A DNA stretch of 46,865 nucleotides from an uncultured Mycoplasmatota bacterium (GTDB lineage Bacteria; Bacillota_I; Bacilli_A; RF39; UBA660): positions 1 through 46,865 of the forward strand of contig CAOKKL010000001.1 in the NCBI GenBank assembly GCA_948469065.1. The letters run 5' to 3'. The notes under the pieces are model-generated. The model was not told where the DNA came from. It saw only the letters and a program-made list of their open reading frames with translations, and ran no database searches. Within the stretch, counting starts at the first letter, position 1; each line of letters starts with the position of its first letter. The position numbers and the translations under genes are program-made. Of the stretch, positions 1 through 10,633 are shown piece after piece.

Positions 1-22
1 ATTTACTCGTTCTTAATTTTAA

Positions 23-250
23 GTATGCTTCAGAACCAAAAATGAAATTATTATTTTTTCTTATTTATTAGAAAATAAAAATCGTATTACTTCTCGAGAC
101 GAACTTATGACAATACTTTGGAATAGTAATGAATATATAAACGATAATGCTTTAACTGTAAATATTAGTAGACTTCGAAATAAATTAAAAGAAGCTGGAA
201 TTGAAAATGCAATTGAGACAAGAAAAGGACTTGGCTATATTCTCTTATGA
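23..250 (+). CDS. OmpR/PhoB-family response regulator, C-terminal winged-helix part (BceR-like). It runs off the window edge, and its frame is interrupted near the start.
   Basis: Frame 2 reads ...TKNEIILFSYLLENKNRITSRDELMTILWNSNEYINDNALTVNISRLRNKLKEAGIENAIETRKGLGYILL*, a typical trans_reg_C domain. Its stop overlaps the kinase start (ATGA at 247-250). In-frame stops occur at 14-16 and 20-22. Confidence 0.6.
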   Translation, partial: VCFRTKNEIIIFSYLLENKNRITSRDELMTILWNSNEYINDNALTVNISRLRNKLKEAGIENAIETRKGLGYILL

Positions 251-1263
251 GTTGGAAATCCTTTTTAAAAGATAAACTATTTTTTCTTTTTCTTTTTTTC
301 TTTTTCCTGATTATTTTAATTTTATTATTAAGAGCGTTTCATGTTTCAAAAGAATTAATTTATGCTCTATTTATTCTATCCCTTGGTTTCTTTTTTCTTT
401 CTTATTTCTATGAATTTTATCGAAAAAAATCTTTTTACCAACAACTATTTTTTCAAATAAAAGAATTGGATCAAAGTTATTTTATTTTAGAAGTAATTCA
501 AGAACCAAGTTTTTTAGAAGGAAAATTGTTATATGAAGCACTTTATGATATTAACAAATCAATGATAGAAAATATAAAAAAATATGAACTTCAAACGAAA
601 GACTTTCAAGAATATATTGAAATGTGGATCCATGAAATAAAAATTCCTCTGGCCTCTTTAGAATTATTAATTCATAATCAAAAAGAAATTATTCATAAAA
701 AAATTAAAAAGCAATTAACTAAAATAGAAAACGATGTTGAGAAAGTTTTGTATTATACTCGTCAAGAATTTGCTGAAAATGATTTTTTTATTAAAGAAAA
801 TAATTTAGAACAAATTGTTAAGGTAGTAGCTTTAAAAAATAAAGACAGTCTATTAGAATATAAAATAGATTTTTCTACCAAATATCTAAATGTTAAAATT
901 AATACGGATTCAAAATGGCTTATATTTATTTTAAACCAGATTATTAATAATAGTATTAAATATCGAAAAGAAGTAAATTCCAAAATAACTTTGTCTTTCG
1001 AACAAGAGAAAAATAGGGGATGTCTTATCATTTTAGATAATGGTAAAGGGATTCCAAAACAAGATTTAAATCGTGTGTTTCAAAAAACATTTACAGGTGA
1101 AAATGGTCGAGTTGGAGAAAAATCAACGGGAATGGGTCTTTATATTGTAAAAAAATTATGTGATAAATTAGGACATGAAATTAAAATTTCTTCGAAAGAA
1201 AATCAATTTACAGAAGTACGAATTTATTTTTATCAAAATCATTATTATGATGTTTTAAAATAA
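247..1263 (+). CDS. Intramembrane-sensing histidine kinase (BceS-like)
   Basis: It has two N-terminal TM helices with almost no extracellular loop. The H-box is MWIHEIKIPLASL. The HATPase motifs are NQIINNSIKY (N box), DNGKGI (G1) and GMGLYIV (G2). Confidence 0.85.
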   Translation: MSWKSFLKDKLFFLFLFFFFLIILILLLRAFHVSKELIYALFILSLGFFFLSYFYEFYRKKSFYQQLFFQIKELDQSYFILEVIQEPSFLEGKLLYEALYDINKSMIENIKKYELQTKDFQEYIEMWIHEIKIPLASLELLIHNQKEIIHKKIKKQLTKIENDVEKVLYYTRQEFAENDFFIKENNLEQIVKVVALKNKDSLLEYKIDFSTKYLNVKINTDSKWLIFILNQIINNSIKYRKEVNSKITLSFEQEKNRGCLIILDNGKGIPKQDLNRVFQKTFTGENGRVGEKSTGMGLYIVKKLCDKLGHEIKISSKENQFTEVRIYFYQNHYYDVLK

Positions 1264-1281
1264 CCTTACATTTTTGTAAGG
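1264..1281. promoter_or_regulatory. Inverted repeat CCTTACA-TTTT-TGTAAGG. It is a candidate BceR-type binding box (TNACA-N4-TGTAA) and doubles as the terminator hairpin of the kinase gene.
   Basis: A perfect 7-bp inverted repeat with a 4-nt spacer is followed by TTTTT and an extra TGTAAG half-site at 1286-1291. It lies 72 bp upstream of the ABC ATPase start. Confidence 0.45.
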
Positions 1282-1352
1282 TTTTTGTAAGATAAAAATT
1301 AGGACAAAACATATTTTTTTCTTTATAATAAAATTTAGAAAGGAAGAAAAAG

Positions 1353-2117
1353 ATGAAAATATTAAAAGTTTTAAATATTGAAAAATATTATGGAAATAAA
1401 TCTAGTCTTACAAAAGCATTAAATGATATTTGTTTTGAAGTAGAAAAAGGAGAATTTGTTGCTATTATGGGAGCAAGTGGAAGCGGAAAGACAACTCTTT
1501 TAAATTGTTTGTCTACGATTGATAAGGTAACAAGTGGAACAATTCTTGTTGGAGACAAAGATATTACAAAATTAAAAGGAAAAGAATTAAATCGATTTCG
1601 TAGAGAAGAATTAGGATTTATTTTTCAAGATTTTAATTTATTGGATACTTTAACTGCTTATGAAAATATAGCTCTTGCGTTGACAATTCAAGCTATAAAA
1701 GGAAAAGAATTAGAAAAAAGAATTGAAAAAATTAGTCAAGAATTAAATATTGTAGATATTTTAAAAAAATATCCTTATCAATTAAGTGGAGGCCAAAAAC
1801 AGCGGGTTGCTGCTGCAAGAGCTATGATTACGGAACCTAAAATAATATTAGCAGATGAACCAACTGGAGCCTTAGATTCGAAATCAGCTAAAATGCTTTT
1901 AGAAAAATTAGATTATTTAAATCAAGAGCGAAAAGCAACTATTTTAATGGTTACTCATGATGCTTTTACTGCTTCCTATACCAATCGTGTTATTTTTATA
2001 AAAGACGGAAAAATCTTCCATGAAATTTATCGAGGTGAATCTTCTAGGAAAGAATTTTTTGATAAAATTATTGATGTAGTAACCTTATTAGGCGGTGATT
2101 ATTCCGATGCTTTGTAA
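1353..2117 (+). CDS. ABC transporter ATP-binding protein (BceA/MacB-type)
   Basis: Walker A GASGSGKTT, signature LSGGQKQRVAAARA, Walker B ILADEPTGALD, and an H-loop in VTHD. The RBS GAAAGGAAG lies upstream. Confidence 0.9.
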   Translation: MKILKVLNIEKYYGNKSSLTKALNDICFEVEKGEFVAIMGASGSGKTTLLNCLSTIDKVTSGTILVGDKDITKLKGKELNRFRREELGFIFQDFNLLDTLTAYENIALALTIQAIKGKELEKRIEKISQELNIVDILKKYPYQLSGGQKQRVAAARAMITEPKIILADEPTGALDSKSAKMLLEKLDYLNQERKATILMVTHDAFTASYTNRVIFIKDGKIFHEIYRGESSRKEFFDKIIDVVTLLGGDYSDAL

Positions 2118-4170
2118 ATTATCTTTTAAAAATATTCAAAAAAGTTTTAAAGATTATGCCATTTATTTTTTTACTTTAATATTAGGAGTTTCGATTTTTT
2201 ATATTTTTAATGCTTTAGATAGTCAAACGGTAATGTTAAATATTTCTTCTTCTACCGCTGAGATTGTTAAACTTATGATCGAATTATTAGGAGCTGTTAG
2301 TATTTTTATCTCTTTTATTTTAGGATTTTTGATAATTTATGCTAGCCGTTTTTTAATCAAAAGAAGAAAAAAAGAATTTGGAATTTATCTTACATTGGGA
2401 ATGAGTAAACGAAAAATTTCTATGATATTATTTATGGAAACATTATTCATTGGGATGATTTCTCTTGCAATTGGACTTATTTTAGGTATTTTATTATCGC
2501 AGTTTATGAGTATTTTTGTAGCCAATTTATTTGAAGCCGATCTAACCCGATTTACGTTTATTTTTTCAAAAACGGCTATGATGAAAACACTAATTTATTT
2601 TGGTTTAATGTATCTTTTTGTAATGATATTCAATACCATTAATATAACGAAATGCAAATTAATTGATTTATTACATGCAAGTAAAAAATCAGAAAGAATT
2701 CATTTAAAAAATCCAGTGATTTGTACCATCATTTTTCTCATTTCGATTAGTTTTTTAACTTATGCTTATTATTCTGTAACTGTTGGAGTCGAAAAATTAT
2801 TAAATTTTCAAGATATTTTAACTCCAATCGTGATTGGGTGTATCTCTACTTTTTTCTTATTCTGGTCGCTTTCAGGATTGTTAGTCAAAATTGTTACCAA
2901 AATGAAAAAAATTTATTTTCATGGTTTGAATAGTTTTACGATAAAACAAGTAAGTAGCAAAATCAATACTACAGTATTTTCCATGACTTTAATTTCTTTA
3001 ATGCTATTTGTAACCATATGTGTATTATCTTCGGCATTGTCACTTAAAAATTCGATGACATCGAACTTAAAAACCTTAGCTCCTGTCGATATCGAATTAG
3101 AAAAAAGAAGAAATCTTACTTTAAAAGAAATAGAAAATCAGTGGAATCTAAATCAAAATATGATAGAGGATTCTACCATTTCTTTGGAAGAAACTTTAAA
3201 AAAATTCGAAATTGATTATAAAAATATATTTGAAGATACCATTTTATTTTCTGTTTATAACGATCAAATAACTTTAAAAGATACGCTAGGTACTTATTAT
3301 GAAGAAGCCAAAAGAAATTATCCTTACTTAAGAGATACTTTTAAAGAAGATATGATTCGTTTAAGTGATTATAATGCAGTTGCTCAACTATTTGGTCTTT
3401 CTCAATATACTTTAAATGAAAATGAATATATATTAATATCAGATTATGAAACTATGATTCCGCTTCGAAATGAAGCCCTAAAAAGAAATACATCATTGAC
3501 AATATTGGGAAAAAACTATTTTCCGAAATATTCAGAATGTCAGGATGGATTCATTCATATTTCAAGTAATCATATCAACATGGGAATTTTTATTGTTCCA
3601 GATAATGCTGTTAATGATCATTTAATTGATAAAGAAATTTGGCTTGCTAATTATAAAAATGCTAAAGAAAAAGAAGAAAAACAAAAAATAGAAGATGTTA
3701 TTTTAAATATAGAAAAGCATCCTTATATAAAAAATACAAGTTTAAATATTACAACAAAAATTGCTTTATATGAAGCGAGTATCGGACTTGGAGCCCTTGT
3801 TACATTCATTGGTCTTTATATTGGAATTATATTCTTAATTAGTAGTGCAGCCATACTTGCTTTAAAAGAGTTGTCGGAGAGTAGTGATAATATAGAACGT
3901 TTTCAAATGTTACGAAAAATTGGAGTTGACGAAAAAATGATTCATCAAGCTTTATTTTATCAGATTGGCATATTCTTTTTATTTCCTCTTATCATCGCAA
4001 TGATTCATTCTATTTTTGGTATTTCATTTTGCAATTATATATTAGAAACAATTGGCAATGAAAAATTATTAGAATCTATTATTATGACTTCCATCTTTTT
4101 AGTTATCATTTATGGTGGATATTTTCTAATCACTTATATTTGTAGTAAAAATATAATCAAAGAAAAGTAA
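2095..4170 (+). CDS. FtsX-family ABC permease with a large extracellular domain (BceB-like)
   Basis: The protein is 691 aa. It has about 4 TM helices, then a ~200-aa hydrophilic loop (residues ~330-560), then more TM helices, which is the BceB architecture. The start could instead be ATG 2107 (MLCKLSFKN...). Confidence 0.85.
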   Translation: MIIPMLCKLSFKNIQKSFKDYAIYFFTLILGVSIFYIFNALDSQTVMLNISSSTAEIVKLMIELLGAVSIFISFILGFLIIYASRFLIKRRKKEFGIYLTLGMSKRKISMILFMETLFIGMISLAIGLILGILLSQFMSIFVANLFEADLTRFTFIFSKTAMMKTLIYFGLMYLFVMIFNTINITKCKLIDLLHASKKSERIHLKNPVICTIIFLISISFLTYAYYSVTVGVEKLLNFQDILTPIVIGCISTFFLFWSLSGLLVKIVTKMKKIYFHGLNSFTIKQVSSKINTTVFSMTLISLMLFVTICVLSSALSLKNSMTSNLKTLAPVDIELEKRRNLTLKEIENQWNLNQNMIEDSTISLEETLKKFEIDYKNIFEDTILFSVYNDQITLKDTLGTYYEEAKRNYPYLRDTFKEDMIRLSDYNAVAQLFGLSQYTLNENEYILISDYETMIPLRNEALKRNTSLTILGKNYFPKYSECQDGFIHISSNHINMGIFIVPDNAVNDHLIDKEIWLANYKNAKEKEEKQKIEDVILNIEKHPYIKNTSLNITTKIALYEASIGLGALVTFIGLYIGIIFLISSAAILALKELSESSDNIERFQMLRKIGVDEKMIHQALFYQIGIFFLFPLIIAMIHSIFGISFCNYILETIGNEKLLESIIMTSIFLVIIYGGYFLITYICSKNIIKEK

Positions 4171-4205
4171 GACTTTTTTATTCAGCAAAATAAAGTTTTT
4201 AAACT

Positions 4206-4229
4206 AAATTCCTCTTTTGGAATTTTTTT
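4206..4229 (+). terminator. Rho-independent terminator after the ABC permease
   Basis: AAATTCC-tctttt-GGAATTT followed by a T-run. Confidence 0.6.
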
Positions 4230-4256
4230 AAATTTTAAATTAACCAGATTATCTTT

Positions 4257-4274
4257 TCTTACAATTTTGTAAGA
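4257..4274. promoter_or_regulatory. Second BceR-type box, TCTTACA-ATTT-TGTAAGA, upstream of the lipid operon
   Basis: It is a perfect 7-bp inverted repeat with a 4-nt spacer and the same TTACA-N4-TGTAA core as 1264-1281. It lies about 30 bp upstream of a TATGAT -10-like hexamer and 62 bp upstream of ATG 4336. Confidence 0.45.
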
Positions 4275-4335
4275 AGGTTTTATTTTATTAAATCTTTTCT
4301 TAACTTATGATAAAATAAAAAAGAAGGGATGAATT

Positions 4336-5385
4336 ATGACAAAACAAAAAAAATATTTACTTTCCATTGGCTTGTTTTTACTTTTATTTGGAATTACTTT
4401 TTTTTATATCTTTTCGAATTATTCGGTAACAGATTTTATAGAAACATTAAAAAGATGTAATCCCATTTTTATAGGATTCGCTTTTTTATGTGTTTTAGCA
4501 TATTTAGGGATGAATTGTATTTTTTTAAAAAAAATATTTCATTTGTTTGAAACAAAAATTTCTTGGATACAGGCTTTAGGTTATACCTGTACTGAAATTT
4601 ATTTTTCGGCCGTAACGCCTTCTAGTACTGGAGGTCAACCCATTGAATTAATTTATATGGCTCGAGATCATATTCCTTATCGAAAAAGTACAATCGTGGT
4701 ATTAATTAATACCATTTTATATAAATTAGCAATCGTTCTTTTAGGAGTTGTCAGTATTCTTTGTTTTCCAAATTTATTATTAAATCATGGAATTTTATTT
4801 AATACTTTGATGTTAATTGGAATGGGATTAAATATTTTTGTCATTTTATTTTTTAGTCTTTTGGTTTTTTCTAAAAAAATTCCCAATCGTTTGATTCATT
4901 TCTTTTTGAAAGTACTCATTAAATTACATATTGTGAAAAAAGAAAAAGAAGTAGAAAAAAAACAAGAAATGGAAAATGCTTTAAAAGACTATCAAAAATG
5001 TTCAGAATTAACCAAAAAAAATCCCAAACTATTTTTAAAATTATTTTCTCTTATTTTACTTCAGCGAATTTTTTTATTTAGTATTAGTTTTTTGATTTAT
5101 CGAGCATTTGGTTTGAATGAATATTCTTTCTTACCCCTTGTAGCACTTCAAATTGGAGTAAATCAAGCAATTGATTCCGTTCCATTTCCAGGAGGTGTTA
5201 TGGTAGGAGAAGGTTTAACTTATCAAATTAATACTATGATTTTTGGAAGTACTTTCGCTTTATCGTCTATGCTTTTGGTAAGAGGAATTAGTTTTTATTT
5301 TTTAATTTTATTTAGTAGTTTCGTATATTTGTGTTATCATATAAGTGGAGTGAGAAAGGAAAAACAACATGATAGGAGTTTATAA
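4336..5385 (+). CDS. Membrane protein with a lysylphosphatidylglycerol-synthase TM-region (MprF flippase-like / UPF0104) domain. No aminoacyl-transferase domain is present.
   Basis: It has about 8 TM helices, the motif TPSSTGGQPIELIYM typical of the LPG_synthase_TM family, and the RBS AAGAAGGGA. Confidence 0.7.
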   Translation: MTKQKKYLLSIGLFLLLFGITFFYIFSNYSVTDFIETLKRCNPIFIGFAFLCVLAYLGMNCIFLKKIFHLFETKISWIQALGYTCTEIYFSAVTPSSTGGQPIELIYMARDHIPYRKSTIVVLINTILYKLAIVLLGVVSILCFPNLLLNHGILFNTLMLIGMGLNIFVILFFSLLVFSKKIPNRLIHFFLKVLIKLHIVKKEKEVEKKQEMENALKDYQKCSELTKKNPKLFLKLFSLILLQRIFLFSISFLIYRAFGLNEYSFLPLVALQIGVNQAIDSVPFPGGVMVGEGLTYQINTMIFGSTFALSSMLLVRGISFYFLILFSSFVYLCYHISGVRKEKQHDRSL

Positions 5386-5992
5386 TTATACTGTTTTATT
5401 TACCCTTTTTGGAACAATTTCGGGAGTAGTAGGAATTAGAGAAGCAAGTTTGGGAAATATATCTGGAGCAATGTTTTGTTTATTATTATGCGGTTTTTTT
5501 GATATGTTTGATGGATGTATTGCAAGAACAAAAAAAGATAGAACCGAATTTGAGATTAAATATGGAATTCAATTAGATTCTTTATCGGATGTAATATGTT
5601 TTGGAGCTCTTCCAACTGTAATTACATTAGAAATAACCAAAAGCTTAGGATTCTTTCAAATATTTAGTATTTTTTATCTTGTAGCTGCTATTTCTCGACT
5701 TACTTTTTTCAACGTAGAAGAAGAATTAAGAAGAAAAAAAGAAAATACAAGCCGAAAAACATATTCTGGAATTCCTGTTACCGTGGCTGCACTAATATTA
5801 CCTATATTATATCTTTTAAAAGATTTTACTAAGAATTCTTTTCCCCTTGTTTTTTTAATTGGAGTTTTAATTTATGGAATGTTGCAAATTTCTAAACTAA
5901 AAGTACCACATTTAAATAGGAAAGGATTAATCATATGTCTTCTAATCGGCCTTTGCATCATAGGGATATATCTTTTACTACAATTCCTATAA
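5369..5992 (+). CDS. pssA: CDP-diacylglycerol--serine O-phosphatidyltransferase (CDP-alcohol phosphatidyltransferase family)
   Basis: The motif DMFDGCIAR...G(x)3D(x)3D (GIQLDSLSD) is present, the protein is polytopic, and its start overlaps the upstream gene. Confidence 0.8.
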   Translation: MIGVYNYTVLFTLFGTISGVVGIREASLGNISGAMFCLLLCGFFDMFDGCIARTKKDRTEFEIKYGIQLDSLSDVICFGALPTVITLEITKSLGFFQIFSIFYLVAAISRLTFFNVEEELRRKKENTSRKTYSGIPVTVAALILPILYLLKDFTKNSFPLVFLIGVLIYGMLQISKLKVPHLNRKGLIICLLIGLCIIGIYLLLQFL

Positions 5993-6813
5993 ATAATAAA
6001 GAAACTTTTTTATTACGATTTTTATATCATACAAAAATAGGAAGAATTTTTTTGTATTTTTTTATTCAACCTTTATTTTCAAAATTAATCGGTTCTTTTT
6101 TGAATACAAGAATCTCTATTCTACTGATAAAACCATTTGTAAAAAAGAATAAGATTGATTTAACTAGATTTCAAAAGCAAAAATATACTTCTTTCAATGA
6201 TTTTTTTTGTCGTCGATTAAAATATACAAAAATTTTATCGGATAAAACACAGTTTTTGTCTCCTTGTGATGGGAAATTGTCAATCTATAAAATAAAAAAG
6301 AATTTAACTTTTCAAATAAAGCATTCTATTTATTCTTTAAAAACCTTATTACAAGATGAAGAATTAGCAAATCTTTATCAAAATGGAATTTGTCTTATTT
6401 TTCGTTTAACTCCTGATGATTATCATCGCTATCATTTTATCGATGATGGAGAAATTCTTGTGCAAAAGAAAATTTCTGGAGTATTACACACAGTACGTCC
6501 GATTGCCATGGAACAATTTTCTATATTTCATGAAAATACAAGAGAAATTACGAAAATGAAAACGGCAAACTTTGGAATCGTTACCCAAATTGAAGTTGGG
6601 GCATTAATGGTTGGCAAAATTCAAAACCAGAAAAAAAGAAATTTTAAAAAAGGAGAAGAGAAAGGTACTTTTTTATTTGGAGGATCTACTATCATTTTAT
6701 TAATGGAGGAAAATAAAGTAGAAATGAATCCTATTTTATTAAAAAATACAAAGCAAAATTTAGAAACACAAATATACTATCAAAATTTCATTGGTAATAG
6801 CAAAAAGATTTAA
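5935..6813 (+). CDS. psd: Phosphatidylserine decarboxylase proenzyme
   Basis: LTPDDYHRYHF and the C-terminal FGGSTIILL (G-S-T self-cleavage motif) are present. The N-terminus overlaps pssA by 58 nt, so the true start is uncertain. Confidence 0.85.
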   Translation: MSSNRPLHHRDISFTTIPINNKETFLLRFLYHTKIGRIFLYFFIQPLFSKLIGSFLNTRISILLIKPFVKKNKIDLTRFQKQKYTSFNDFFCRRLKYTKILSDKTQFLSPCDGKLSIYKIKKNLTFQIKHSIYSLKTLLQDEELANLYQNGICLIFRLTPDDYHRYHFIDDGEILVQKKISGVLHTVRPIAMEQFSIFHENTREITKMKTANFGIVTQIEVGALMVGKIQNQKKRNFKKGEEKGTFLFGGSTIILLMEENKVEMNPILLKNTKQNLETQIYYQNFIGNSKKI

Positions 6814-6864
6814 GATATAATAAGTTAAGTTGAAAAGAAAATTCGTAAGTAAATAAATGCAAAG

Positions 6865-6899
6865 AAATACCATAATAATAAAAAGATTGGTATTTTTTT
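6865..6899 (+). terminator. Rho-independent terminator of the lipid operon
   Basis: AAATACCA-15 nt-TGGTATTT followed by TTTT. Confidence 0.55.
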
Positions 6900-7092
6900 A
6901 TTGCCAAAATAGTAAAAATATAATATTTCGTCGAGGAAATCCAAGTCATCAAGTGGCAGAAAATTTTCAAGAAAAAGAAGTGGCAGAAAATTTTGAATGT
7001 AAACATTCTCGCCCTCGTACTATGTAAGATTAATCTATACTTTAAAGTAATGTGTAAATATAAATAATTTTTTTAAAACAAAAATTATAAAA

Positions 7093-7119
7093 CTAGCATT
7101 TTTAATTGACAAGTGCTAG
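7093..7119. promoter_or_regulatory. CIRCE operator 1 (HrcA binding site), overlapping the -35 element
   Basis: CTAGCATTT-N9-AAGTGCTAG, compared with the consensus TTAGCACTC-N9-GAGTGCTAA. Confidence 0.7.
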
Positions 7120-7133
7120 TTTTTTAGTATAAT
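7106..7133 (+). promoter_or_regulatory. SigA-type promoter of the hrcA-dnaK operon
   Basis: TTGACA (7106-7111), a 16-nt spacer, then TATAAT (7128-7133). Confidence 0.7.
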
Positions 7134-7137
7134 GATA

Positions 7138-7164
7138 TTAGCACTTGAATATAATAGGTGCTAG
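7138..7164. promoter_or_regulatory. CIRCE operator 2, between the -10 element and the RBS
   Basis: TTAGCACTT-N9-AGGTGCTAG. The RBS AGGAGG (7163-7168) follows. Confidence 0.8.
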
Positions 7165-7173
7165 GAGGTTCGA

Positions 7174-8187
7174 ATGGAGGAACGTCAACAAAAATTATTA
7201 AAAGAAATCGTCGAATCATACATTAAAACGGTAAAACCAGTTGGAAGTAAATCGTTATGTGAAAAGTTTAAATGTTCTAGTGCAACAATACGAAATGAAA
7301 TGGCAGAATTGGAAGATTTAGGACTTTTAGAAAAAAATCATATTTCTTCAGGTAGAATTCCTAGTGAAAAAGGATATCGTTATTATGTTGAAAATTTAAT
7401 GAAACCGAAAGAACTTACTGGAGAAGATGTTTTAAAATTACAAACGATTTTTTCGAATCGAGATTTAGTGTTATCAGATACTATTAATAAATGTGTTGAA
7501 ATTATTAGTGAAATTACAAATTATACTAGTGTCGTATTAGGAAAAAAATCGAAAGTAAGTGCTTTGCAACAAGTAAATATCATTCCACTGAATGCTGGAA
7601 AAATTGTAGCATTGGTTTGTACTGATCAAGGATTTGTGCAAAATAGACAATTTACGATTCCGGAACATGTAAAAATGGAAGAATTGGTAAAAACTAGTGA
7701 AATTATTAATAAAATGCTGATTGGTACACCAATTGATGAAGTAAGTGAACGTTTAGAATATGACATCAAACCAATTATTAGTAAACGAATTGAACAATAT
7801 GAGTCGGTTTATCATATTTTTATGGAAGCTTTTCAAAATTTTGCTTCGAATGTTCAAGAAAATAATATTCATTTAAGTGGAAAATACAAATTAATTGAAA
7901 AACCAGAATATGATAATGTTGAAGAAATTAGAAAAATAGCTTCCAAATTTGAAGATGATGATTTAATTAAAAAAATTGAAGAGAAAAAAGATTTTAAAGG
8001 AATTAATATTTATATTGGCGAAGAAAATGAATTTGATCCAAATGTAACCGTGATTAAAACAACATATCATTATCATGGGGAAGAAGGAACCATTGCTATC
8101 ATTGGTCCAAAAAGAATGGAATATGACCGAGTTGTAGGACTTCTTTCTTATATCAATGAAAATTTAAATGAAGAAGGTGATTTATAA
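7174..8187 (+). CDS. hrcA: Heat-inducible transcription repressor HrcA
   Basis: The N-terminus reads QQKLLKEIVESYIKTVKPVGSKSL...SSATIRNEMAELEDLGLLEKNHISSGRIPSEKGYRYYV. The gene sits first in the grpE-dnaK operon behind the CIRCE sites. Confidence 0.95.
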   Translation: MEERQQKLLKEIVESYIKTVKPVGSKSLCEKFKCSSATIRNEMAELEDLGLLEKNHISSGRIPSEKGYRYYVENLMKPKELTGEDVLKLQTIFSNRDLVLSDTINKCVEIISEITNYTSVVLGKKSKVSALQQVNIIPLNAGKIVALVCTDQGFVQNRQFTIPEHVKMEELVKTSEIINKMLIGTPIDEVSERLEYDIKPIISKRIEQYESVYHIFMEAFQNFASNVQENNIHLSGKYKLIEKPEYDNVEEIRKIASKFEDDDLIKKIEEKKDFKGINIYIGEENEFDPNVTVIKTTYHYHGEEGTIAIIGPKRMEYDRVVGLLSYINENLNEEGDL

Positions 8188-8751
8188 ATGGATGAAACAG
8201 TAGAAAAAGTTGAAGTATTAGAACAAACAAATGAAGAAAAGAAACAAAAAGAACTTCCAAAAAAGAAAGAAAAAAAAAACAAAAAAAGTAAAGAAATAAT
8301 AGAACTTGAAAAGTTAAAAGAAGAAAATGCGTTTTTAAATGACAAATTATTAAGAATCAATGCAGAAATGCAAAACATGAAACGTCGAAATAATGAAGAA
8401 ATAAGTAGATTGATGAAATACGATGGTGAAAATTTTATCAAAAAATTACTACCTATTATTGATAATTTTGAAAGAGCAATTAATATGGATGATACCAACT
8501 TAGAAGATGAAGTTAGTAAATTCTTAAGCGGATTTAAAATGATATATAGTAATTTAAAAACGATTCTAGACGAATTTGAAATCAAAGAAATAGATAGTCT
8601 TGGAAAAATTTTTGATTCTTCTTGTATGGAAGCTGTATTAACAGAACATAAAGATGGAATTGAAAAAAATATAGTATTAGATGTCCTTCAAAAAGGATAT
8701 TTATATAAAGATAAAATTATAAGACCAGCTATGGTCAAAGTAAGTGAATAA
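8188..8751 (+). CDS. grpE: Nucleotide exchange factor GrpE
   Basis: It has a Lys/Glu-rich N-terminus, the segment NMKRR..EE......G...F.KKLLPIIDNFERA, and a position between hrcA and dnaK. Confidence 0.93.
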   Translation: MDETVEKVEVLEQTNEEKKQKELPKKKEKKNKKSKEIIELEKLKEENAFLNDKLLRINAEMQNMKRRNNEEISRLMKYDGENFIKKLLPIIDNFERAINMDDTNLEDEVSKFLSGFKMIYSNLKTILDEFEIKEIDSLGKIFDSSCMEAVLTEHKDGIEKNIVLDVLQKGYLYKDKIIRPAMVKVSE

Positions 8752-8761
8752 AGAAAGGTGA

Positions 8762-10588
<1,827 letters not shown>

Positions 10589-10633
10589 TAAGAGAGAAGA
10601 AAATTCTCTCTTCCTTAAGTTAGGAAAATAGAA

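Noticed and set aside
762-1031. Antisense or out-of-frame ORFs in the supplied track: 762-1031, 6788-7006, 8148-8585, 10132-10500, 10451-10648, 12670-12870, 18364-18546, 19943-20152, 23575-23778, 25426-25614, 29098-29418, 32321-32515, 34270-34455, 35738-35929, 41171-41371, 41548-41769 and 41784-41969.
   Set aside because: Almost all lie inside, or opposite to, a well-supported gene with clear motifs. The exception is 6788-7006, most of which is non-coding intergenic sequence. Their translations are low-complexity Ser/Phe/Leu/Ile strings, typical of the reverse strand of Lys/Glu-rich AT-rich genes. None has a Shine-Dalgarno sequence.
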